Under the pieces are notes generated by a model. The model worked only from the letters and a program-made list of their open reading frames with translations. It was not told where the DNA came from and searched no databases. DNA of 64,000 bases from Mobula hypostoma (Eukaryota), in contig NC_086097.1 of assembly GCF_963921235.1 (NCBI RefSeq), positions 168,394,001 through 168,458,000 of the forward strand, written 5' to 3'. The stretch's first letter is position 1, and each line of letters opens with the position of its first letter. The position numbers and the translations under genes were made by a program. Positions 51,749-64,000 of this stretch are shown one piece after another.

Positions 51749-54280
51749 GTGATCCGTCGGCCCGCGAGTAACTGGCTGGAGGTGGAGAGGGGTGGCCCGG
51801 CCTCTCCGAAAGTAGGGGGAGGAGGATGGGGAGGGGGTTAGGGTGATGTCCCGGATTCTGCCGTGGTCTCGGGCAGAGGTGCAAACGTCCGGTACTCACC
51901 TTGATGTAAGAGGAGCGTGTCAGGCAGCATTTGAGAGGCAAAAGGACTGATGCAGGGTCTCAACCCGAACCGTCAACTTTCATACTCTGTCTCCACACAG
52001 GCTAATCGACCCGCTTTGAGTCTACCCGATTCCAGCGCCTGTTGTCCCTTACCCTTACTTTGCTGTGGACTCGTCGAAGAGATAGCTTGCCCTACTGATT
52101 AAGCTGGTGTAGGTCGGGGTATGCAGGCTTTGGCTATGAGGCGAACGTTATTCATCTTTACCACAGTTATGTTCACCTCAAAACTGACCATTTTTCCTTC
52201 TGTTTAAGATCTAATTTGCACTCAAATCTTTGTGCCATTTGTAGTTTTATGCTCCTGGTTGTAGTCGTTGCATTTATTATAGCCATGACTTCTTTGAGCT
52301 TCATGCAGATAATGAATCTCACTGCGCCTTATGGTATATGATAAACTAATCATATATTAAAGTGTATTACATGATATAAAAGGATCTGCCTTGACAAAGA
52401 AATTTGTCATAAGCTGGAGTGATAGGAAAATGACAGCTTGATTTGAAAGGCAAATTAATTGCAATGTGTCTCTTTCCCAGCTGCAACTAATTCATCTGGG
52501 AAATATCTACAATAATAAACCTTATGTTTGGAAAATAGATTTGGGCTGCAGTTGAGGCAAAATATCTACCTCTTTGTAACTACACTGGTCCAATGAAATA
52601 ATGGCCACGCATCATGCAGATGTCCTTGAAGATTTATTTTTATATCTCTCTCTCTTTCTTCAGCAGACACCGTGAAAACTACAAGAAAATAAAAGACATA
52701 AAAAGTTTGAAACATACATCTCAGTCTTTTAAAGTCTCTCAAGCTAGTGTCTGCTGGTAAACAGGCCCAAAACACGTCAGCACAACAGAAGTGTGCTGAA
52801 ATCAAATAAAGTCACTAAAAACTTATCACACTGTCCATATAAAGGCATGTCAACAACATTATACACAATATAAAACAAATAAAAACAATTACCATGTGTG
52901 CCTCTTGGACCACATGCAGAATAAGGTTATTTTAGGGCCATGTGTCTTTCTCTGCTTCCAGATTGGTTCTGACCCATAATGCTACAGTCATGCTCTTAGT
53001 AAACTCTGGTCATGTGACCCATTACACTCTACATTAAATAACACCTTACATAAAAAGCACAAAATTTTTAATCAAACATTATTTAAAGATTTTTAAAAAG
53101 TCATAAATTTATGACAAAAACATATAAAATAAACATCGCAATGAAACATGTCTCCGAGACAGTTACACTCTTATCCAAACTTAGAATCTCAGCCACTTTG
53201 TATTTAGCCCTGGCTTATTCTTGCTTCAAAAGTTACTAGCTCAAATTCCACATGAGATTTCTGCTCATATTCAGGACTGACACATGAAATGCATATTGAG
53301 ATGCAGATATTTCATTGAGTTTCAGTTCTCTCTCAAGTACACTTAAAAGGTGCACAGCATTATCTGAAGATCAGCACTTTTTCTCATTTTATGTACTGCT
53401 CTTTGGAGCAATGATGTCACATTTATTGATGACATCCAAATGGAACCTGCTGCCACTTCTCTGGTCATCTGTTGTATTTAAAATACAATATGTCTTGTAC
53501 TTTAAGAGCAGATAATTATTTGGTAGACAGAAGCAATTGTCTTGGGAGCCTGATGTTTCAGTTGAATTGGATGGTTTGGAACTATACTTGACTTAAAAAT
53601 GTGTTTTTGAGGATATATTTGGTTCATTACCAAGAACACCTGCTTCAACATCTGTAATCTCACCTGGCTCTATTCCTCTCTCAGTTCATCTAATGCTGAA
53701 CTCTTCATTCATGCCATGATTACTTTAGGAATTGACTAGTCCAACTTCCTAGCCACTGTGAAATTGCTCTCAACCAAAATCCCATTATCTTTGTTCTAGC
53801 TCTCACAAAGCACGGTACAGACATTAGCACTGTCTTTGAGACTGATAATGACTTCCAGTCCAACAATGTTTTTTGTTAGTTTTCAGACTCCTGCATGACC
53901 TTGCCCTATTGTGATGTGCTGTCATAGTAAGTCATGTGGCTCACAACATTGTCTATTCATTTGGTAGAAATGTTTGGAGAAAATGTGATTTGATTGTGAA
54001 CTTGTGAGGAATACATTTTGGTATAGAGAAAGGAGAATCACAATTTCTCCTGGAGTTAAACAACTTGATATCTTTGTAGTTGATTTCTAAGCTGTAGTGT
54101 ATTTTACGTCTTTTTTCCCTGAGTTTTTAAAAATTAGAAGTACTTGTTCATGCATTTTAGATTATTATTGATTTTTATGCTAGATTTAAACTTTTTTAAA
54201 CTTTGAATCATGCAATGCAGGAAGAGGCCATTATCCCTTCTATGACCAAATCATTTTATGTTGTGCGGTGATCTCAGTAA

Positions 54281-54532
<252 letters not shown>

Positions 54533-56868
54533 TAATACTGACACCTTTTTTTTGTATTGTATGTCCAAAATCAATAGGAAGTTTTAAAAAACAAAAATGT
54601 TTACTTATATGAATGTAGAGACTTTAGGAGAATTGGCACAGTTGCTCCTTCTGAAGTAGATATTAAACTGGAAAAAAAATCGATAAAGTTTGATATAGTG
54701 ATGATCTGTCAATTCAATTAGTTTTAACATTTGAGGATGACATAGTTTCTGACCTTGGGTGCTGTCTGTGTACAGTTTGTATGTTCTCCCTGTGAACACA
54801 CACTTCAGTTTCCTCCTTTGTCACAAAGACATGCTGGTAAGTTAATTGGCTACTGTAGATTGCTCCTATTGTAGATCAACGAAAGTAGAATTGGTGAAGT
54901 AGGTAAGCATGTGAGAGAAAACTGTGCATTTCACTGTATGAGTCAATGTGCATGTGATAAATAAATCTGAAATAGGATACAGGGGAGAATGGGACTGACA
55001 GGATTGATCTAGACCTGGTGAGTAATTATAATTAAAATGATCAATTTTAGAAGTAATGTTTGTTCAATCCGAACAGAGAACAATGAAGGCATTAGGACAG
55101 GTTGCCTGTGAAAGACTGGCAAACTATTAAAGGGTATGATAAAAGGCAAGGAGTGACTAGCACTTAAAAATGTTCTGATAATGGTTCTCTACCCAAAATA
55201 TCAACTCTCCATTTCCCTCCATAGATGCTGCCTGACCTACTGAGTTCTTCCAGCATTTTGTATGTTGCTGCAGATTTCCAGCATATATAGTCTTTCTTGT
55301 GTCTGCATTTAACAAAATAATATGTTTGTAAAAAGAAAAATTCCTTCCATTTGAAAATATGGTCCTGCAGATTGCAGAGAAAATAAATATGGTATTAGAT
55401 CTTGGAGACTTAAAGTAGCCAGGAAAGGTAGAAATCCTGAAGACTGAGAACATTTTAGAATTTGACAAAGTATGGCCATGAAGTTGAAGGGGAAAATCAA
55501 ACATTAGAGTAAACTTATTAAAAAGACAATAAGAATATCTTTATCCATGTTAAAAATGTCTATTAGTTAAAAGAAAAACAGTAGCAACAAGAAATGGGGG
55601 TCTGTTACATAGATGGTGGATTTATAACAGGAAATGAGAAAATGACAGGTAATTTATTAAGTATTATTATTGTTTGGCTTTGGTAAACAAAATACAAGAA
55701 ACATTATAAGTGATGAAGAAATAAGGGTACAGTTTGGATGAGAAAATGAAAGAAGTACTGCTAGAGAAGATAACAAATCTGAAAGCTGGTAAGTCACAAG
55801 AACCTGATAATTTGCACTTCAAACTTTTGAAAGAAATGTATACAGAGGTGGTGGATGCTCTGAGATTTCTTGCAGGACTCTATAGATCCAGGAATGATTC
55901 TTGTAAATTGGTGGATAATATATGCAGCCTCACTTTTTAAGGAAGCAGAGCGAAAATTGGAAGCTACCTGTTAGCTTGACATCAGTAGTTAGCATAACTC
56001 TGGATCCTCAATAAAGGATGTGCTATCAAGACACTTAGACTCATATTAATTGTGCATTTTATTATGAAGAGGAAGTTGTATTAACTCATCTATCAGAGTT
56101 TTTTTGAAGGTGTGTCCAGAGAATAGATTAGGGGAAATCAGTGGAGGTGATGAAAAGGATGCAAAGGCTGAGAACTTGGAGAAAAATGATAGAAGAAAAT
56201 CTGAGCAAAAATGTCAGATTTCCATGATGAGCGATTGATAACACTCAGTATAAACTTACATGTAACTAAACCCACCTATCATGGCATTTTGTTTTTTTTC
56301 TGCAGGCTTTTATCTTAAATGCAACGTTTCTCTATACTTGTAGCATAGGTCAGTTAAAATAATTAGAATGTTTTTGGCTTGGTGTAAAATCAAAACTACC
56401 TAGCCTGCTTTTCAAACAAATTTTAAATGTGGCAGTTGAGAAGCAATTTAAAAAATGCAGGCAATGGAAGCTGAAAATAAGAGCATATTTCTAGAAATTC
56501 TTGATAAGTTAGGCAGATCTGTACAGAAAGAACAGTTTCTCAGTTAACTTTATTTTTCTTCCTACTGAAAACAAGAATTTCCAGCATTCTTTTGCATTAT
56601 AAATGTCAATATTGTTCGCAGCGATTGCTCCAACTGTCATTGCTGCAATGTTGTATTAAAATATGTACACTGTCTTAATTGCATTTACTATTATGTATTA
56701 AAAATGACTGCAATGTCTGGTGTGAATTCAAATGTTGTTTGCTGTCTGTGCTTCTATTACATTTTTTTTCTGGATTGAGGGAATTTGACATTTTACAGAA
56801 CTTGAATCTCAATTAATGCCCCAGTGAGTTGATTCATATGGTAATCTTTTATAATATGTTTTTGTTAG

Positions 56869-57084
<216 letters not shown>

Positions 57085-58354
57085 TAGCAGCGTTGATTGT
57101 GGCTCAGTGCCAAGCACAAAGCACAAGACAGTACCATAACAGAACAACACTTTACAAGACAATAATGCAAACAGCAATGAGCAATCAACAATTAGCAGAA
57201 TGGTCACATGGGCAGACATCAATCAAACTTAAAGAAATGTGAACAGATCAACAGAACAAGGAGAGCAGGAAGGACCATTTAACAGATGTTGTGCAGGGAC
57301 AGTTAGAATATTACACCTGAGTGAGTTGTTGAGAAGCAGGATGGCTACAGAAAAGAAGCTTCAAAGATGACATGTAGTCCTGGTGTTGATGGACTTGTGG
57401 CATCTCCCTGATGGCAGTTTGGTAAACAGGTGACTGCTAGGGTTGGGGCATCAGCAGTAATTTTTTTCAGCTTAGCCTTGATTTAATCCATCTGTAGACT
57501 ATTTCAATATCATTGGACTTGTTATTCCTGAAGCTGTTATTGTAAAATCTTCAGGGAAAATTGCCATTCTCAAGTAATGTAATGTTATTTATGAAACAGT
57601 TGAAGATGATTCTGCCAGGGATCCTTCCCCAAGGAGTTCATGCAGTAATACCCTTGGATTATAATGAATGGGCTACCGTACTGGTACCTGTTTTTCTTAA
57701 CATTATTTATTATTCATTCATTGAGGTACAGTGCAGAATAGGCACTTCTGGCCCTTCAAGCTACGTTACGCATTAACCCCTGATTTAACCCTAGCCTAAT
57801 CACAGGACAATTTACAATGACTAATTAACCTACCAACCTGTCCACCTTTGGACTTTGGGAGGAAACCCACACAGTGATGAGGAGACGGTACGAACTCCTT
57901 TTAGACAGTGTGGATCCTTAAAGAAAGTACAAAGGAGGTGTGCAAGGCAAGTTTTTTTTATTTACACAGAATGCTGGGGGCCTGGACTGCACTACCAGAG
58001 GTGCTGGTGCGGGCAGATATTGTAGGAGTGTTTATTAGACTTTTAGATTGACACATGAATATAGAGAGAAGGGAAAGATATGGTCAACGTGTGGAAAAGG
58101 AGGATTAGATTGGTAAAAATCATTGGTTTAACTCGTGCAGCACATCATGGCCAAAGGTCCTTTCCTGTGCTGTACTGTTCTATGTTCTACATTAACTCCA
58201 GTCTTGGCACCAGATAGTTTTTAAAGCAGTAATTCTTTAAAGTTGAAGCAGATGTATCCACGTTTGAACAAAACTTTTAGTTGTTTATGTACAAGCTGTA
58301 CGTTTGGTGCTAAAAGTAAATGAAGGTTTTGTGATTGTGAATCTATAATGTTAA

Positions 58355-58447
<93 letters not shown>

Positions 58448-59577
58448 TGAGTTGAGTTTGGATTTTAATAATGTCTTTGGTTTTACATGCAATATCAGTG
58501 TCTTGCAAGTTACATCTAAATAGCAATCATTATTCATTCTGCTGACAACTGCTCAGAGACATTGACGAATTTAGGGAAAATGGCCCTGAAATGCTTGATC
58601 CTGTTCTGCACCCTCTGTTGGATATTTTGGAAAAGCAACAATGAGGTTCATAAAACCAATCAGATTCAAGAAACTTTACTGAGTGCATAATTTCTTAGTC
58701 ATAGGGCACAGAAACTAGGAAGTATTTCTTAGCTTTAAATTGTGCACTAGAAAGAAAATCAAGATAAAGGAAAGCATGGGTTGAAAGAGGTGTGAGAAAT
58801 TTGTGAAAGAATGAGTCACCATATTTGTAAAATTTTAGAACCAAAGTGATTGTTTCCCATTTATTATTGGTGATCGCACTTTAAAAAATCATAGACACTT
58901 AAATAACTAGTGTTCTTCTGTTGCTTTTAGTAGGTTTTTGATGGGTAATTGCCACAACTTCATAACTATAAAGATTTCAGAGTTGAATCTCTTGGTGATT
59001 CAGCACTACAGGATATCCTAGAAGAATGAGATATCTTTGGCCAAAATTTTGGAATTTGATATTTAATTAATAGCACATACCCTAAAAATTGCTGTCCAGT
59101 TTATTCCATGATAATTGCCGATAATTAAGATCCGTTGTTAGAATCAGTGTACAATCCAGATTTTCTTTGTGAATTAGTGGATTTGGATTTGAGCAGTTAA
59201 GGGCTTTGATTTTTCAGATCAACACAGCCAGCAACGTTGTCTACCTGCTGATAAGGAGGTTAAAAGACAACGATATAACATAGCAGTAACTGTTTGGGAG
59301 AAATTGTGTACAGAGTAGAATCAAATTTGGGAATAAAGTTCTCCATCACAATAAAAGTCTCATTTTCAACACTTTTGTTGGATCAGAGAATGTTGCCACT
59401 TTGAATACAATAACATACATAACAGGAATAGGCCACTTAGCCACCTCAAGTCTGTTCTTCCATTCAATAAAATCATGGCAGATCTGTCTTGGGCTTCATC
59501 TCTTCTGTACCAGTTCTCCAAATCCTTCAATTCCCTGATCTTTCAAAAATATACCTACTTCCTCTTTTAAAATGTGA

Positions 59578-59748
<171 letters not shown>

Positions 59749-61086
59749 TAGATTCACAGATTTTTCTTAACCAAACATGCCCAAGGGACTAAATGGACTT
59801 TTCCTGTTCCAGTGCCTTTCGCATCTTCTGGAATTTCTAAAGCATTGCCCAATCAAGTATTTTTGCGGTGTATCTATTGCAAAGTAATATAAAGTTTTTT
59901 TTACTTTAACCAGTACACCATGAAGAACTCTTATTAAGTATTTTGCATCAATTTAGAGAGAGAAAATGGTTTTAACATCTCATACTAAAGGCAGTGCAGC
60001 ATTCCTCAATACTACCCTCTGGAGTTTACATTACACTTTTTAAGCATTCAGGCCCTCAGGTTTATTCGTGAATTCACCGAAGAAGCTCTGCCTTGTTGAA
60101 TCTTGTTAATTTTGTTACTCTGTCATTCCTATCTTATCTATGCTTGAGCTGTTGTATCTACTAACTTATGCAGTTCTATGCACCATTAACCTATTTTGGT
60201 TTAATTTTACTGTGTGTCTTTAAAGTTGAGGGACCTACTTGGCTTCCATGTCTACTACTTCTAAAGCTTAAAAAAATGAACCACTTTCTTCTCTACCTGT
60301 TACTGTCTCTCAGACTAATCCATTGAAATATCCTAAAATCTATCATTACCATTAAATTAACGAATCAACTTAATCTAATGATTCAGTAAATAGTTTTGTT
60401 TTATTATCCTTTGACATTGAATTCTGATACCCACCTTGGAATGTTTGGATAAATGAGAGTAGAATTCAAATCAGCTTATTTGTTTGGATAAGGGATGATT
60501 ATTACTTCACATGTAAAAAAAAATTAATTCTATAACATTATGGCTAATCTGATTGTAACTTAAACTCTGCATTCCTTCATATCCCCAGTAGTTTTTTCTC
60601 AAATCCCCTTGCCTGCCAAGAATCTTTCTTTGCCTTAAATGTACTACCATCCTTTGAGGAAAAAAAGTTCCAAAGATACATAGAATTCTATAACAAATCA
60701 TATGGCTATGTATATCTCTTGAATATTTGATCCTTTAGTAACTCTGACTTCAGATTCTCCTAAAGAGGTAACATCCTCTCCATATCCATCCTCTGAAGGT
60801 TTCTCAGGATCTTGTATGTTTTAATCAATATTCCTTTCACTCATGTAAACTCCAGTGGATGTTAACCTCATCTGTAAAGCTTTCCCTCATAAGGCCACAC
60901 TTTGTATAAAGAATATAAACATTGTCTGAATACCTTGAGTGAAGATAAAACTTGCCGTTAAAGGACTGTATGAAGAATTTTAGTTTTTATCCTACTATTA
61001 ATACAAAAAAGATGTTTTATTGTATGGTGAGAATACTGCAGACTTTGTATGCCCCTGTATGACATTCCTTTTCTGTGTTGCTCTAG

Positions 61087-61137
61087 GGGTGGGATGCTAT
61101 TGAGTGGATAATTCAAAACTCTGAAAGTGTTAACTAA
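61087..61137 (+). CDS. PRELID3A: PRELID3A copy 2, C-terminal coding exon 6a (exon 6b would fall just past the window end)
   Basis: Same as 16199-16249. Confidence 0.82.
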   Translation, partial: GWDAIEWIIQNSESVN

Positions 61138-64000
61138 CAGCTTACACTTCTGCAATTTGCATTAACCAGTGGTAACTATTTATTGAAATACCCAGCTAGT
61201 CTAATGTTTTATTGCATGTAATGGGCTCATGTTTGAGTGGCATGGACTGCATGTTTGTTATGCTTATAGCTAGCTATAATTTAGAAGGTGTGCTATCTTG
61301 TCATTAAAAAAATCAAATGTTTAATCTTTCAGCTGTATATATTTTACACCATGTGTTGCATTTTTCCCAAACATGCATTGATTATAGCATCTATCCTCTG
61401 GTACTTAAAAAAATGATGTGCATTGTCTTGGGTGAATTTTGATAGAGAAGCAGGGTCATTTCAGAGTTTTGGGTCGTTGAGTGGTATCAGTTAGTGGCCA
61501 CTCCTGAGGGATGATTATGAAAGAAACCTTGTTTGCTCGGTTTGAAGCATTAGATATATTTTATAGTGATAAGTTAATATAAAATTAAAATCTTTAAAAT
61601 ACTAAACAAGGTCTTAGTTTAGTACAAATTGTTACAGATTTTTGAGAGTTCTGTCAACTGCATTGTGTACTTTGAGTATTGAGGGTTATTTTTTAACCCG
61701 AGAAAGAGAGAGAGGACAGCCACCTTAAACCTGAAATCACATTTGTTTCATTCGATCTGACTTTGAATGAATTTCTGGAACAAATGATTAAGAGTGGACT
61801 GTTTAGACTATAGTGTCTGATTTATCAATGAAATCACTGGTGATTGTTAACATCCATCTTCCACATAGCCTCTTTAGAAAATCAATCTTGAATTTAAAAT
61901 TAACTAAAGTTAATTAAGCTGAATTAATGACAGCTAAAGTTTGAAAAGCTGAATTTTGAGCGTACTTTAAACATTATGTCTATGGGCTTCAGCATCGATT
62001 ATTCATGGCGAACGAGTTCCAGTTTCTGCCACCCTCATTTCTTTGGTTTCCTAACTTGAAGGATGAGCTGTAATTTTTAGACTCCTGCCCCTTTGGCTTT
62101 TTTGCCTACCTTGACTCCCGCATGTAAGATGACAGAAAGCTTGATTTCACAGAATCATACTGGACAGAAATGGGCTCTTTCAGCCCACCTCTTTCTTGCT
62201 ATCTGTGATGCCTACATAGTACTTGCATACTTTATGAACTTCTTTGGTTCTTTAACTTCAACTTAAGGCAATAGATGGAGATTGATGACGTGCAGATATA
62301 TTCTACTGTTTTTCCTTTTGGGAATCCAAGTATTTACTGAAGAGGATCTTTTATAAAGTTCTGTGACTATAGGAAAATAGATACTGTTTATATCCATTAT
62401 TTTTTAAAGTTATCCATGGGATGATACTTGTGCAAGGGTTTTGCATGCCAAAATGTACTTTTCTATACATTTTGTGAGTAACAACAGATGAATATTACAA
62501 AACCAAATTGAAATTATTTATTGCTTTAGATGTTAGCTTTTAATTTTAGTCAGTGATTTGTTTTGATAATATTTCTGTTCTGCAGGTGCATGACAGAAAT
62601 ATCATTTGTGTATTGGTATTTCATTGTGAAACTTGACCTGTATTTATTTTTAATTGTTGTAATTCAACCTTTGTTTTCCAGATTATATTATCTTTCCTCC
62701 AGCCTGTGTATCCTCCAGACCATTCTAGGCATGTAATCTGAAACTGTTCTGCTGTTATGTACTGTAGCTAAGGAGTATTTTTTACTGAGAAAAACTTATT
62801 TCATCATTTGGTAGAAAAGCCAAGCATTGAAGAATAATACAAGTATATCTGTGTTAATCTTTCTCTCAGATTCTATGTGTAATGGCCACAATTAGTTGAA
62901 AGATGCCTTGCATTTTGACTCATTTGTGCACATCCATTGTGGATTCTTTATCCCGTGCAAAGTTGGTCTTTCAAGTTGAATATAAATTAGTGATTTGCTT
63001 CAAAAAAGTACAGATGTAATTTTATAAGTTGTTCTTTGATAAGTCTGTGCATAGATAACAAATAGGAATAGGACTATGACAGGCAGCAGAAACAGTACTA
63101 ATTCTGGAATCCAGAATTATACAGTATAAGGTTGCATAAAACAAGAGCATGAATAGGTCAGTCAATCAACCTTTGGAGTTCATTCAGTCAGATCATGGCT
63201 GATCCTGATCCAACCTAAGTCTCAACATTACTTTCCCATTTGCTCCCCATACCCTTTGATTCTTTTGTCAGTCACCATTTGATTCTAATGTTCTCCTGGA
63301 CAGAGAATACCTAAGATTCACGACCCTCAGAAGAACTTTTTCTTCATCCATCCTCAAACTTCTTATTCTGGCAACACACAAAATGCTGGAGGAACTCAGC
63401 AGGCCAGGCAGCATCTATGGAAAAAAATCCTGCTGAAGGGTCTAGGCCTGAAACGTCGCCTGTACTCTTTTCCATAGATGCTGCCTGGCCTGCTGAGTTC
63501 CTCCAGCATTTTGTCTGTGTTGCTTGGATTTCCAGCATCAGCAGATTCTCTCTTGTTTGTGATTTGACTCCTTATTCTGAATGCCTAGATGATATCTATG
63601 GAGAAGTATCTCTTCACAATCTTAAATATTTAAGTAAGATCACCACTCGCTATTCTAAACTATAATTACAACACCATATCCATCAACTTTTATCAATCTT
63701 TTCAAACCAGTTTTTGTTCTGTATTTAAGGAATTATATACTTGCCTGCAGTAAAAATGTATTATTTCTTAAGTAGGGAGTCAAATCTATGTGCAGTAGTT
63801 CAGTTTCAGTCTCACACACTGCCCTGCAAAGCTGTATCAAATCTACTCCATGTTAATATTGTAAAAAATATTAGTCTTACTTATAGTTCCTATACCTGCA
63901 TGCTAACCTTTTGGTGCTTCATGCTTTAGAATTTTCTTGGATTCCTTTGAACTGCATCATTTACTTATTCTATCACACTCTAACTAATTATCCAATAATG

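Overview
Repeat-rich vertebrate genomic DNA; the CR1, Penelope-like and V-SINE content suggests a cartilaginous fish, probably a ray (inference). The only host gene is PRELID3A (SLMO1, a mitochondrial intermembrane-space lipid-transfer protein of the PRELI/MSF1 family). It occurs twice because 44889-64000 is a near-identical copy of 1-19112 (offset 44888). A 200-N gap (30251-30450) lies between the copies, flanked by a (GGC)n run and a ~6 kb fold-back palindrome, so the duplication may be an assembly artefact. Main points of interest: (1) a small non-autonomous Gypsy-type LTR element whose RT/RNaseH/integrase core is replaced by an intronless fragment resembling the SH3KBP1/CIN85 C-terminus (gene capture); (2) two homologous alternative C-terminal coding exons in PRELID3A, one 3A-like and one 3B-like; (3) minimal hammerhead ribozyme motifs in the Penelope-like tails; (4) a nested stack of retroelements with readable target-site duplications (TSDs), including an L1 whose RT domain is deleted in frame. 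All homology calls come from recognition and manual translation, not database searches.
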